Notes: generated by a model from the sequence alone, not told the origin. Counted from the stretch's first letter, positions 1 through 17,431 are shown. The stretch: 64,000 nucleotides of DNA from Eledone cirrhosa (GCA_964016885.1 OZ024742.1:158968001-159032000), one strand, 5' to 3'. Program-made: numbers and translations.

Positions 1-1720
1 TCCCTTATACAAGACCACCATTACTGCATCTCTCCAGTTGTCAGGTACGGATTCATTAGCCCATATCCTTCCGAACAAAGAGTGAAGATGTTGCAGGAGT
101 CTCTCACCACCATATTGTAGGAGCTCTAAATGTATGCCATCCATACCTGGAGACCTTCCACTGTTCAGCTTCGAGATAGCCACTGCAACCTCCACAAACC
201 GTCGGAGGTTCTGCGAGAGCTACCTTCACGGGACTTTCTGGAATGAGATTGAGCAAATCTTCATTGACGACAGACGGCTGATTCAAAAGCTCATGAAAAG
301 TGCTCTCGCCACCTTCGTAGAATTCCTTATGAGTCACGAAGATGTTCTTTGCCATCCTTGCTGCGAAGCGGTGTCACCGGAGAAGACAGTCCATAAACTT
401 CACACAAGAGACTGTACAACAGCTTTGTGTTATTGGAAACTTACGCAGTTTGTATCTCATCAGCCTTCTCACTCCACCACTGATCCTTCATCTGAGAAAG
501 ACTCCGCCTAACACGTGATTTCACATCCTTGAGTACCTTATGCAACATATTCTTCTCCTGTGGTTTTGCCATCAAGTAGCGTGACAGAGCACGCCTCTTA
601 TCAGCCAACAAGTCTTCTATATGTTCATCATTCTCATTAAACCAGTCTTGATGTTTTCTCTGCACAAAACACGCCTGCCTACATCATAAACCGACGTTTT
701 AAGGGTCGGTCAATTCTCACCAAGGTCTGCAACCTGCATCTCTTCTTCCAATGTCCTCTTCACATTTTTATCCCTAAGACGAGCAGCATTCAAACTTTTG
801 AGCAGGCCAACGCCAGGAGCCCGGATTTTACGTTTAGTGATTAGTTTCACTTTTACGCGTACCAGGCGGTGGTCCGTCCAGCACTCAGCTCCACGAAGAC
901 CACGAATACACTGCACATCTCGTCTGTCACGCATCCTGACTAGGACGTAGTCCAAAAGATGCCATTCCTTAGATGCAGAATGCAGTCATGTGATCTTAAG
1001 TTTGTTCTTTTGTTGGAACATGGTGTTGGTAACACACAGATCCAGCTCCTCACACATCTGCAGCAGGAGCATACCATTGCTGTTACACTTTCCCACCCCA
1101 TGCCTTCCGATTACATTCCATGTGTTATAATCCCTACCCACTCTAGCATTAAAGTCACCAAGCACGATGACTTTGTCTGCATGAGGGATATTTCTTAAAA
1201 CACCTTTCAAGGCATGGTAAAAGGACACTTTTTCTTCATCGACAAAATTCATAGTTGGAGCATACACACTCACCAGGGTTGCATATCTTCCTTTGTCCGG
1301 CGGAACTCTCATGGACATAAGACGCTCACTAATCCCTACTGGGAATTCTTCTAATTTATTCACAAGTACAGTCTTAACAGCAAATCCTACCCCAGCCTCT
1401 CTTCTGGTTCCTTCATCTCTTCCTTTCCAGAAGAATGTATATTCTCCACAAAATTCCGTAAGATGACCATCTTCAGCTAACCTCGTCTCAGATAAAGCTA
1501 CGATGTCAAGATCGTAACGTCGAAGCTCCTTTGTAACAAGAGAAGTCCTTCGTTCAGGACGTTCCAAGGAATCTCTGTCAAGCAGCGTCCGTACGTTCCA
1601 GCAGCCAAGACTTGTTTGGCTCTATTACAGTGGCACGATGACGAGCGGGCCCAGGCTGTGATAACCTGAGGCCCCTGCCCTTATTGCCAATTATCTCTTT
1701 TGTTCCAGAACCTTTGTTCC
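1..1720 (-). mobile_element. RTE-clade LINE, copy 1 (APE endonuclease and linker; runs off the window start), disrupted
   Basis: ORF pieces 986..1567 (DIVALSETR, VSVYAPT, LGDFNARVG), 710..955 (DYVL, TDHRLV), 441..665 and 104..355. Highly similar and colinear with 4280-5930. Confidence 0.93.
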
Positions 1721-1829
1721 AGAACGAGATTTTCTATTTTTGTGAAGGATTAAATTTGAGCAAATATGATTAACAACACAAATTATACACAAGACAACAC
1801 CCACATAGGCATCCCACACATCCCCACAG

Positions 1830-1881
1830 ACATATATATACACATAGGTATATACACATATATATATACTTACATACATTA

Positions 1882-1917
<36 letters not shown>

Positions 1918-2229
1918 CGTGTATACATACATAATACATATATACATACAAAGGTACGTACATATATACATACATGCAAACATACATCCGTACATACATA
2001 CGTACGAACATACATACATACATACATACATACATACATAGATACATACATACATACATACATACATACATACATACATACATACATACATACATACATA
2101 CATACATGATGGATGCCCCCTCGTTATCGAGTATGGCCATTGCACGAGGAGAAAAAAAATTAATAAATAAATAAAAAATTAAATTAAAATAAAAAATTAA
2201 ATTAAAATAAAAAATTAAAATAAAAAAAG

Positions 2230-2272
<43 letters not shown>

Positions 2273-2338
2273 TATACACACACACATACATACACATATA
2301 CACACACACACATATACACACACACATACATTAATAAC

Positions 2339-2391
<53 letters not shown>

Positions 2392-2495
2392 CAATAATAA
2401 TAACGACAACAACAATAATAATATACATTTACATATATATATACACATACACGCACACACATAAGCATATCTATACACACACACACACACACACG
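1830..2495. repeat. Compound microsatellite (TA)n/(TACA)n/(CA)n/(TAA)n between the two RTE copies
   Basis: Visible directly; explains the low-complexity ORFs at 1691-2502. Confidence 0.95.
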
Positions 2496-2502
2496 ATAGC
2501 AA

Positions 2503-4640
2503 CTAACAGCGCTGCGATCGAATGAGGCTTTTTAGCCCAGCCAATGATCTAAAATGTCTTGCACAGAGTCGGCAACCAAAACATTCACTGGGAATAGCCG
2601 GCTGTGGTTGGAGTTCATGTACTTTTGCATGTCGCTTGAGCCCTCCTGCTGATTTACAATCTCTACCACATGTTTGGCAAGCAGTATGAGTAGCATCTCC
2701 AACAGCAGCCTGGTAGTCAACCACTGGTCTTACTTTATGACTGCGAAGATGACTTTCGAGTCCAGCTTTGCTTAGGCAGAGTCTCGCACAGACGCTGCAT
2801 GTCAGCACCATAGGAGGACCCTCGCCGTCTGGAAGTGCAACAGCAATGCCCTTCCTCACATCCCGCTTTACTTTCTCGTATGCGATTCGAGATGCCTCAA
2901 AGGCAACTTTTCCCTCATATACAGTCTTTCTCCATTTATTACGATCAGCAGCAATATTTTCCCATGTATCAGCAGAGATGTTAGCGTCTTTCAGAGAGGC
3001 TTTCAAGGAATCCTTATGCCTCTTTTTTGGTTTATGTAGCGGTCGTCTTCCTTTAACCAACTCTCCATAAAAGAGTTGTTTTGATATTCTAGAATCCTTC
3101 ATCCTGGCAAGGTGACCACTCCAACGGAGTCGTTGCTTAAGCACAAGAGCTTCTATACTGTCACACATAGAGCTTCCCAAAATATCGACATCACTGATGT
3201 GGTCCCTCCAGTGAACGCCATGGATCCGTCTGAGACACATCTGATGGAAACGCTCCAATGGCTTAAGGTGGTGTCGATATGTGACCCAGGTCTCACAGGC
3301 ATAAAGAAGACAAGGGAGCACACATGCCCTGTACACCTTTACATTTGTCCTCCTGCATATGTCTCGCCGACCCCAGAGTCGCCTTTCTAGCTTTCCGAAA
3401 GCATCACTTGCTTTCCTAATCCTAAGTGAGATTTCACTGTCAAGGTTGCTGTATCGATTGACAGTGCTTCCCAGGTAGACAAACTGATCAACCACTCCAA
3501 GTCGTTTGCCATACACATAGATGTTTGGTTCAGTGTACTGCTTACCAGGGGCAGGTTGGTACATGACGACGGTTTTCTTGAGATTGACAGTCAAACCTAG
3601 GGCAGTGCAAGTGTCAGAAAATGCATTCAAAATGTGCTGCATATCACTCTCTGTGTGCGCTACAAGATCGCAATCATCTGCATACAAGAGGTCTCTTATG
3701 ATTGATGTAAATACTTTTGTCTTCGCAGCAAAGCGCCTGATGTTAAATATGCTGCCTGAGGTTCGATATCGGATGTAAACACCATGCTCGCAATTCCTGA
3801 ATGCAATACAGAAAACCATTGCAAAGTATATGGCAAACAGGGTCGGTGCTGGAATATCCCCCTGTTTCACTCCATTTTTTACTGAGATAGGCTCCGACAT
3901 GTTACCTCCGACATTAACCCAAGCCTTCATGTCGTCATGGAAAGACCTAACTAAAGCAAGGAACTTATCAGGGCAACCAAGTTTCTGGAGAACCTTCCAT
4001 AATGCATCTCTGTTAACAGTATCGAAAGCTTTTGTCAGATCGACAAAAACCTGATACAGATCCAAGCCTTGTTCCATGCACTTCTCCTGGAGCTGTCTAG
4101 CTGAGGAGATCATATCAGTAGTGCCACGTCCAGCACAAAAACCAGATTGACTTTCAGGAAGAACACAATCTGCAATGTGTGTCAGCAGACGGTCCAGAAG
4201 CACCCTACATAAAACTTTCCCTACGACAGAAAGCAATGATATACCTCTGTAGTTCCCACAATCATTCCTGTTACCCTTTCCTTTGTACAAGACCACTATT
4301 ACTGCATCTCTCCAGTCCTCAGGTACGGATTCATTAGTCCATATCCTGCCAAACAAAGAGTGAAGATGTTGCAGGAGTCTCTCACCACCATATTGTAGGA
4401 GCTCTACATGTATGCCATCCATACCTGGAGATCTTCCACTGTTCAGCTTCGAAATAGTCACTGCAACCTCCACAAGCGTCGGAGGTTCTGCGTGAGCTAC
4501 TTTCACAGGACTTTCTGGAATGAGATTGAGGAAATCTTCACTGACGACAGACGGCTGATTCAAAAGATCATCAAAGTGCTCTCGCCACCTTCGTAGAATT
4601 CCTTGTGAGTCACGAAGATGTTCTTTGCCATCCTTGCTGC
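2503..4640 (-). CDS. Reverse transcriptase of the RTE LINE with three C-terminal C2H2-type zinc-finger repeats
   Basis: SPGMDGI, NYRGISLL, FVDLTKAFD, GVKQG, LLYADD, FVYLGS, RLRWSGH. C-terminus has CSVC..HLRSH, CQTC..HAKVH and a degenerate CRLC..LIRSQ. Confidence 0.93.
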
Positions 4641-4945
4641 GAATCAAACGCAGTTTGTATCTCACCAGCCTTTTCACTCCACCACTGATCCTTCATCTGA
4701 GAAAGACTCCGCCTAACACGTGATTTTACATCCCTGAGTTCCTCATGCAATGTATTCCTCTCCTGTGGTTTTGCCGTCAAGTAGCGTGACAGAGCACGCC
4801 TCTTATCAGCCAACAAGTCTTCTATATGTACATTATTCTCATTAAACCAGTCCTGATGTTTTCTCTGCACCAATCCAAGAACACGCCTGCCTACATCATA
4901 AACCGACTTTTTAAGGGTCGGCCAATCCTCACCAAGATCTGCAAC

Positions 4946-5970
4946 CTACATCTCTTCTTCCAATGTCTTCTTCACATTTTTATCCTTAAGACGAGCAGCA
5001 TTCAATCTTTTGGGCAGGGCAACACCAGGAGCCCGGATTTTACGTTTAGTGATTAGTTTCACTTTTGCGCGTACCAGGCGGTGGTCCGTCCAGCACTCAG
5101 CTCCACGAAGAACACAAACACACTGCACATCCTGTCTGTCACGCATCCTGACTAGGACGTAGTCCAAAAGATGCCATTCCTTAGATGCAGGATGCATCCA
5201 TGTGGTCTTGAATTTGTTCTTTTGTTGGAACATGGTGTTGGTAACACACAGATCCAGCTCCTCACACATCTGCAGCAGGAGCATACCATTGTTGTTACAC
5301 TTTCCCACCCCATGCCTTCCGATTACATTCCACGTGTTAAAATCCCTACCCACTCTAGCATTAAAGTCACCAAGCACGATGACTTTGTCTGCATGAGGGA
5401 TATTTCTTAAAACACCTTTCAAGGCATGGTAAAAGGACACTTTTTCTTCATCGACAGAATTCATAGTTGGAGCATACACACTCACCAGGGTAGCATATCT
5501 TCCTTTGTCCAGCGGAACTCTCATGGACATAAGGCGCTCACTAATCCCTACTGGGAATTCTTCTAATTTATTCACAAGTACAGTCTTAACAGCAAATCCT
5601 ACCCCAGCCTCTCTTCTGGTTCCTTCATCTCTTCCTTTCCAGAAGAATGTATATTCTCCACAAAATTCTGTAAGATGACCATCTCCAGCTAACCTCGTCT
5701 CAGATAAAGCCACGATGTCAAGATCGTAACGTCGAAGCTCCTTTGCAACAAGAGCGGTCCTTCGTTCAGGACGCTCCAAGGAATCCCTGTCAAGCAGCGT
5801 CCGTACGTTCCAGCAGCCAAGACTAAATGCCTTGTTTGGTTCTATTACAATGGCACGATGACGAGCGGGCCCAGGCTGTGATAACCTGGGGCCCCTGCCC
5901 TTATTGCCAATGATCTTTTTTGTTCCAGAACCTATATTGCCAATTATCTCTTTTATATTGTTCTGGAACA
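4946..5970 (-). pseudogene. APE endonuclease domain of the RTE LINE
   Basis: Motifs GCWNVRTL, ALSETR, SVYAPT, GDFNARVG, LDYVL, TDHRLV. The annotated ORF start (poly-Y/poly-F) is microsatellite read-through. Confidence 0.92.
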
Positions 5971-6639
5971 TCATTGAATTGGGAAAAAAAAAAAAAAAAA
6001 AAAAGTAATAATAATAGTAATAATAATAATAATAATAATAGTACACTATTAATAATTATTAATGCACTCGTGCAATGCCTGTGCGTGATGAATATTTTTA
6101 AAGTGAGGAAAGACTGTGCACTGAGCCAATCCCACTCTCTGAGCGACAGTAGCTATAACCCGAAAAGAAGAAAAGATCAACGTCATCGGTAACTACTGAG
6201 CCGCAGGTTTTATGTCGGAGTTAACCCAGTTTCTTGAGATGCCTTCTCCTAGAAGAATGACCTGACAAGGGCTAGGGGTTCTTCACTCACAGTGGTTTAA
6301 CTGCGCGATCGGGCATCCAGCCCGATTATTTCTGTGCCCGCGCAAAAAAAAAAAAAAAAACTCACTTATTGACACTTATACGTACGACATACACACACGC
6401 GCATACATATGCGCACACACACACGCATACATACGCGCGCGCACAGCAACACTCATACATACAAACAAACACACACACGCTACTCACTTACACACACACA
6501 CACACATATATATATATATTACCGTCATTACTGATACAAGATTACAAGATTATGTCAACTGTTGACTTTCAAGAGTTTGTATAGTTGAAGCCGATCGTAT
6601 TACAGTCGAGTATTATTATAATTGCTTTACAGCATAGAG

Positions 6640-6775
6640 TTATGGCTCTCCACGCTCTGAGCTTAAATCCCGCCGAGGTCAACCTTGCCTTTCATCCCCA
6701 CGGAGTCAACAAAAGAGAGTACCAGTGATGCGCTGGGCCAGTCGCTGGATCCGTGCCAAAAGCAGAAAAATTATT
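6640..6775 (+). mobile_element. tRNA-derived SINE, degenerate partial copy
   Basis: Matches the family core aaatcccgccgaggtcaaccttgcctttcatcc...agtaccagt. Confidence 0.7.
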
Positions 6776-7739
6776 ATTAAAGTTGTTTTCTTAAGGCCCG
6801 GTCGCTGGTGATGGTGATGGCGGTGTGGCGGTGGTGGTGGTGGTGGTGGTGGTGGTGGCAGTTGATGTTGTGTTGTGTGCGTGTGTGTGTGTGTTTTGTT
6901 ATTTTGAGTTTTTTTTTTGTTTTGTTTTTTGTTATCCTTTTATGCCGCTGTTGTTGTTGTTGTTGTAAATGTTCATTTCAGTTCATTCTGAAGCTGTTGT
7001 TGCTGTAAACATTAGTGCCGGTGTTGTTGTTGTAGATGTTGGGGTTGAAATCTGGTCGTTTGACTGAGTGGTGTATATACACACATATACATACATATAT
7101 ATATATACACATTCAACAGAGAGTAGAGAGTTTGACAACAGGTCGATGACTTTAGTCTAGATAGGGTAATGACATGTGATGGTGGGGAGAGAGTGTAGAC
7201 GTTATTGTGGTGGTGGGGGACAGTGAGATGTATCTAGTTCATTTGACCGTTTTCTTCTCTTTGCAAAATTTGAATTTTAGCCATGTTATATTGAGATGTA
7301 AGTAAATGTAAAATGTAAGATATAAATAAGGATTGCTCTGCTAAAATATACTAAAATATTTGTGTAACTTCCACAAACTTCTGTCGTGACATTCCCGAGT
7401 CCAGTGACCAACAAATTGTTGTATTTTGATGTTTCAGAATACAAAAATTAATTAAAAACTTACCCCACAAAAAGACAGCGTGTGTTGTCCTATCTATAAG
7501 CTCCTCATCATACATACATACATACATACATACATACATACTCGATACGAGCAGTCACACATATGGCGTGGGAGAATATATATTGAATTTAAGATGAATA
7601 CTATCTTCAGCAGTAACAACCAGCCTTGTTAAATAACAGGATATTCTTCTGATCATATTTCTGAAGACACTTTTTATTCGAAATCATAGAGATATCCGTC
7701 TAAATATTGAATTCGCTTTACAAAGATTTGCTACAAGCA

Positions 7740-8040
7740 ACATGGCTGGACACATCAAGGACAGTGAATCGAAGAAAAAGAGCAACGAGATCGGTAAAAA
7801 GAATATATTTAGTTGTAGTTACAGAAGGAACAGAAATTATAAATCGTATTTTTCTTGAAGCTACGAATTGATAACGACCTATTTAATTGTTTTTAAAATG
7901 ACAAAAATAGATCCTTCTGTTGGCTATATGAACAGCCTGAAGCCACACTGGTACGAACATCACCCAGAGTTAAATTATTTCACAGTCAAACATTTACGCC
8001 AACAAGCAGCATTTGTCGAACGTAAAAATAACATAAATAT
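7740..8040 (+). pseudogene. Decayed fragment resembling the N-terminal region of an R4/Dong-like non-LTR retrotransposon
   Basis: Translation GYMNSLKPHWYEHHPELNYFTVKHLRQQAAFVERK resembles the GYxxRxxxxW...P...LxxQ N-terminal motif. Recognised from memory only. Confidence 0.35.
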
Positions 8041-8058
8041 TACAATACTACCAATAAT

Positions 8059-8275
8059 GGTTTCTTATATAGGCACAAGGCCAGCAATTTGGGGGGAGGG
8101 GAAAGTCGATTAAATCGACTCCAGTGCGTGACTGGTACTTTATTTTATCGACCCCGTAAGGATGAAAGGCAAAGTTAACCTCGGCGAGATTTGAACTTAG
8201 ATCATAAAGGGCCGTAACTATATGCTGAAAAGCATGGCGTACGACCCTCTACCGATACTGCCAATCCACCGCCCC
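8059..8275 (-). mobile_element. tRNA-derived SINE, full length, with TSD
   Basis: A box TGGCAGTATCGG and B box-like AAGTTCAAATC on the minus strand. 16-bp TSD caatactac(c/a)aataat at 8043-8058 and 8276-8291. Confidence 0.9.
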
Positions 8276-9311
8276 CAATACTACAAATAATAACAGCAAT
8301 TGAGCAGCCTCTTAAATCGTCCTTCAATTAGCACGTGTTACAATATAAGCTTCCATGTTAATAATTTTTCTAATAGCCAGACAGACCATCAACAACAAAC
8401 AACAGCCATACATAAACAGTCTCTTGAAACAGCCATGCCGGTGACAATTTTAACACAACGTATCACAACAAACTCGACTGCCAATGATAATAAGTCTACA
8501 ATTATCTGAGAAAATGAAGAGTATAAACAGTTAAAATAAATACTTGCTTAATCTCCGAGACTGGTGCAAAAATGGAAGGAAGGAATTCTGAAATGATTGC
8601 AATAAAGTCATTTCCGCTTAAATCACCTAATAGCTGAAGTGGTGATATTTAACCGGGCCACAAATTAAGTCTACCACTTAAATAAGCCACAGCGTAATTT
8701 GAACTCAGAACGCAAAAAGGCAAAGTAAATACTGCAACGTATTTCGTCAGACACTTTAACAATTCCCCAACCCACCGCCTTGAAGTAATGCCTTAACTCT
8801 TTTGATGCAAAACTGCCTGAAACTGCCCTTGCTTTTATCATACTGAGATGTTTGTTTCAAGGTGTCTTTATTTAAATTTAAACCACCCATCATAATTTTA
8901 AATGAGAACCTTTGTTATGTTCCAGACATCACCATTATAGCAAAAGCTATTACCAAATCCCTACAAATTCTTGATTATTCACAAAATTAATTGAGATAAT
9001 GTCTTCCCTTACAAATATAGTTGGGAAAGAGTTATTTTATCGGTCTTCAACTATGAAAGCTACAGTAAACCACAGCTCAGACAACCGGTACAAATATCTT
9101 AAGACAGTTTGTCCGACTTTAAGTATTCCATCATGTGTCTGGATGTAGCATAACTTTAAACAACGTAACGATCCCCTTACCATACCTTTCTCACTGCAAA
9201 AAAAGTAACATCAAAGCTCGTTCTTTCCGTCTAAAGTAAGTCATCAAATGATAGTCAATCAACCAATTAATTTCCTGAAACAGGTGTAACCAGTCGTTGA
9301 GGTGTCTAGAT

Positions 9312-9570
9312 CAGTCATGAGCAGCCTGCGGTCCGCGAAGCTTTCTGAATGGCTCGTCTAAGTCACCTAAGTGAAATCTTTCTGATTTTTTTACCCCAAC
9401 TTTTCAGTCGTAATTTATCTTTCTATCATTTTTACGATCGAGGAAAACAACGTGTACGAATTCTGACGAAACAAATCAAAACAACCTGAGTTACCGATAT
9501 TTTTTTTATTTGGGCACGAATGTAAATTAGCGCTTGAGGCCCGCTTCTCGAAAAAGGTCGCCCATGCCTG
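9312..9570. mobile_element. hAT-type MITE
   Basis: Imperfect TIRs cagtcatgagcagcc / ggtcgcccatgcctg. 8-bp flanks gtctagat / ctctaaat (6/8 match, NTCTARAT-type hAT target). Confidence 0.7.
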
Positions 9571-9929
9571 CTCTAAATGTTTCAGTGTCCATAGTGAGAT
9601 TTCAGTGAACCATAGAAATACTTGGTGGTGCCCGTCTCCCTGCAACTAGTGCAGCCTGTCTTTGGGGTGCCACTCTAGATATTTAACTAGGCGTCTATCG
9701 TAGCATTTATGTGTGCCATAGAAATACTTGATGCTACCCAGCTCTTCTCCAAGCGTCCTCATTAAGTTTAGCCTGCCAGCAGAGGAAGTTACCGCGAGGA
9801 GCTGAAAAATGTCTCGGAGCCAAAAGTATTTGTTAGGTAAAATAAAGTGTACAAATCTGCTGCCGCACATCAAAGTATGCTCTCTACCCAAATACTTCGA
9901 TTTAAAGATGTTTATTTAAATACTTGGAT

Positions 9930-10805
9930 ACCGATTGAAATAACGTTTCTTCAAATCACTTCGTTCTATTTTCAAAGAGATATTAAATAATGCTATGGCC
10001 AGTTTCTTTAAAACGTTTTACTCTATTTTTAAAGAAGCAGTGGGTGTCAATATGCCCGGTTTCCAAAAGACGTTTCTTTAAATCCTTAAAAAATATATGA
10101 ATATTATTTGTATTATTTATTGCAATGACAGAACGTCCGTTATTGAAATATCGTCTTTTTCAAATCACTTCACTGTATTCTCAAAGGTTTAAAGAAACAT
10201 AGATAACGTTATGTCTAGGATTAAAATAACTTTTCTTTAAATCCGTTTGCTCAATTGTTAAAGAAGCAGTGGGTGGCAATGTGTCCGGTTTTCAAAAGAT
10301 GTTTCTTTAAATCCTTGATAACAGAATGTCCGTTATTGAAATATCGTTTTTTTTTTCAAATCACTTCACTGTATTCTCGAAGGTTTAAAGAAACATTAGA
10401 TAACGTTTCCTTAAATCGGTTCGCTCTGCTTTCAAAGAGGCAATGGGAAACGGTGCATTCAGTTTTAAAATAATGATTCGTTAAATCCTGTTTAACGGTA
10501 AGTCCTATATTAAAATAATGTTTCTTCAAATCCCTTCACTCTATTAGATAATTGTTTCTACTTTTGGCACAAGGCCAGTAATTACCCAGTGCATTACTGG
10601 TACTTTATTTTATCGACCCCGTAAGGATGAAAGGCAAAGTTAACCTCGGCGGGATTTGAACTCAGTAATGCTATATGTTCAGGATTGAAATAACGTTTCT
10701 TTAAATCGTTTCTCTCGGATTTCAAAGAGACAGTTCAGAAATAACGATTCTTTAAAACCTGAATAACGTTAGGTCCGGTATTGAAATAACGTTTCTTCAA
10801 ATGAT
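9930..10805. repeat. Degenerate minisatellite with recurring motif ttgaaataacgtttctt(c/t)aaatc
   Basis: More than 10 diverged recurrences of the motif; a related stretch lies near 48640-48710. Confidence 0.75.
10551..10665 (-). mobile_element. tRNA-derived SINE, 5'-truncated
   Basis: Near-identical to the family core (ttttatcgaccccgtaaggatgaaaggcaaagttaacctcggcgggatttgaactcag). Confidence 0.88.
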
Positions 10806-11149
10806 ATCCAGCATTCAACAATACAGCGCTAACCTCAACTTCTATCCGTATATGTTTAATCTCGTTGAAGGCTTAAATTAAAAGAACCATGTTTAATGTA
10901 TTTTTCGCAGTCCCGAACTGAACTGCACTGAACTCAGAACAATGAATACAACCAACCATAATTGCCAATCAATCAATCAATTAACTAATCAATATTTAAC
11001 TACACGGTCAACGGAGTACAGGTAGCGACACCATCAAGTGATTTCATTTCTTAGTTGAAGCTGTTTTATATTGCAATCTCACTAATTACCTAGGGAAAAC
11101 AATGAACCCAATAACGTTCAACTATAACTATGTATATATACACATGTGT

Positions 11150-14912
<3,763 letters not shown>

Positions 14913-15605
14913 GTAGTATGTGTGTGTATATATACAGAATTAGCCGTCGAAACGGCTTGAGCTCAGCCGTCGGGGTCTTACTTGTTCCTATATATATATA
15001 TATATTGATATATATCTATATATATCGATATATATATATATATCGATAAATATTGATATCTATATATATATATCGAATGTAGAAAGGTAACACACGAGTT
15101 GATATATATGAAAAAACAAATAGTAGAAAGGAAAAATATATTTTCTATAGAAAAGGTTGAGGAGATATTTTTTTTTTAATTTCAAAGCATTAAGTTATTT
15201 ACAATACCGGTCTCAGCATTAAATGCATTGTCAATTGCGGATATGCAGAATATTGTGAAGTTGCATATTTGTACAAATAGTGAACAATTATGATTAAAAA
15301 AAAAAGAGAAAAAATATAGAGAGGGGAAGAAAAGTTAATTTTCACATACGTGGTCCCTCAGAGAAGAAAGTCATTTCGTTTGTCCATCATTCTCTGTTAA
15401 TGGCTTTGTTTGACTAGCGGGGGAAGAAGCAGGAGGGGAGAGGAGAAGAAGAAGGAGGAGGAGGAGGTAGGGGATGGTTGTTGTGGCTGCAGATTGCTAT
15501 GTGGGACCCTTTGAATAGTGGATACAAGGTTAAGCTGGGATTGGTTTGAAAGGCTGGGTGACTTTAGAATTGACCGGGGAGGGGGGGGGGGTTGCTTCTA
15601 AAAAT

Positions 15606-15880
15606 ATCTATCTTGGGATCTATGGACGGTCATACGTTGTCGGAGGCTGTTTTTGGTCTGTTCTATGTAGTGCTTTCGATAACCTGATCAGGTCAACACA
15701 TAGATCAGCTTTTCTGATGCACATGTGAAATTGCACTTAACTGTAAAGTGCTGTCCTTGTTTGAAGTGGAACTCTGATCCCTCTATTAGATTGATACATA
15801 TACCACAGTTGGGTCTTCCGGATTTGTTTACTGAAGGGTTCATTGTGGAGGTCGACTGGACTTTGGCCTGTGTAAGGATG
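15606..15880 (-). pseudogene. GIY-YIG endonuclease remnant of the PLE (absent from the ORF track)
   Basis: Hand translation: ...RPNCGICINL...CNFTCASEKLIYVLT*SGYRKHYIEQTKNSLRQRMTVHRSQ. LIY...YIE correspond to GIY...YIG, preceded by a Cys-rich linker. Confidence 0.85.
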
Positions 15881-15885
15881 TTTTT

Positions 15886-17431
15886 TTATTGATTTTGAGG
15901 GATGCTGTCAAATGCCTCATTGTTAAGGGAGTAGTGTGTGGAGATGTATGGTAGAGTTTTCAGTTTTGATTCATTCCTTGGTTTGGGGTGTCTAAGTTCC
16001 TGGATGTTGAGTTTTAGGGCACGTTGGAATCCATTGTTGATTAGGCATGGTGGGTAATTCCTGCTAATAAGTGTGTTCTTTAATTCTTCTAGTCGCATGT
16101 ACCATGTGTATTTATCAGATACTATTATGCAGATCCGTTTGGCTAGGTTGTAGGGAATGCTCATTTTGGTGTGTCTGGGGTGGCATGAGTTGAATGGAAG
16201 ATACTGTTTGGAGTCTGTGGGTTTATAGTATATGTTTGTTTCTATTTTGTTGTTGGTTTTCTTGATAAGGATGTCGAGGAAAGGAAGTTATTCATGACTG
16301 TATTCCATTGTAAATTGAATGTTTGTGTTGAGTCCATTTAGAAGTGTTTTAAATTCAAAAAGTCTTTCTATGCTTTCATGCCAGCGGATGAAGTAATCAT
16401 CCAGATATCTCTTCCGGTTTTTTTCTATGAGGAGGTAGAAGGGGTTTCCGTATTTATCTAGTAATTTTCGGTAGAGGGTGATTTTCAAGTATCCCATAAC
16501 GAGGTTGGCGTAAGAGGGAGCCGTTTTCGTGCACATGGCAGTCCCGGATTTCTGTCTGTAGAATTTGGCATCGAATTCGAAGTAGTTATTCTCCAAGATA
16601 AATTTGAGCCCTTCTATTACGAATTCTTTTATGATGCGGTGTGGTAGTTTATTGGGGTAATTTTTTAACCAGAATTGGATTGCCTCTATTCCTAGGTTGT
16701 GTGGGATATTGGAATAAAGGTTGACTACATCAAAAGACACTAGTAGGGTATGTTCATTATTAAGTGTTTTGGGGAGGTGGTTGAGCATATCGAGGTCATC
16801 CCTTATGTAGGTTTTAATGTGTTTCAGGAATGGTTTTAACAGAATATCTAGGAAATTGCTGAGGCAGTGGGTTTCACAAGTGGGACCTGCTATTATAGGT
16901 CTTAATTTGAGGTCGTTGGGTGAGGGGACATTGATGAATATGTCTGTAGCTTCTTTGCATGCTTTACTTATTTTTTCGCTTTTGTGTATCTTAGGGATAC
17001 TGTATAAAAGGCTGGGTTTGCTTTTGAAGTCAGTGATATAGTTGTATTCCTTGTCGGCAAGTCCTTCTCTGTTGGCTGTAGTGTTGAGCATGTTCGTAGT
17101 ATGTTTCGTCTTCTAAATAATATTTTGTCTCCATAAGGGCAACCGCACTACCTTTATCCGCCTCTTTGATTTTTATAGTTTTATCATTCTTTAATCTGTT
17201 CAGCTCATCCCATTCTTTTTTGTTGAGGTTTGGCCTGTGTTTATGTCTGTGTAGGTGTTGATATGGGTAATTTGTAATGTATTCGCAGAATTGGTCAAGG
17301 AAGTTGTTCTTACCTTTTGATGGGGTGTAGTTGATTCTATTTCTAGCTAGTGAGTCGTCCTCATTGTACTTGTCGTGTTGTTCCTCGCTAAGTCTTAGTT
17401 TTCTACATAATTCCGTAATGTTCCCCTTCAT
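15886..17431 (-). pseudogene. Penelope-type reverse transcriptase, frameshifted
   Basis: IKEADKG, IPKIHK, LRPII, SFDVVNLYSNIP, GTAMCTKTAPSYANL, RYLDD; thumb region SIPYNLAKRICII, SRNYP. Confidence 0.92.

Larger units (their letters stand above)
2503..5970 (-). mobile_element. RTE-clade LINE, copy 2, near-complete single ORF (APE-RT-zinc fingers) broken by frameshifts
   Basis: APE in 4946..6046, linker 4610..4873, RT in 2503..4677. Confidence 0.95.

Noticed and set aside
9930-10805. CRISPR-like recurring motif
   Set aside because: Repeats are degenerate, the intervening sequences are homologous to each other, the context is eukaryotic and there are no cas genes.
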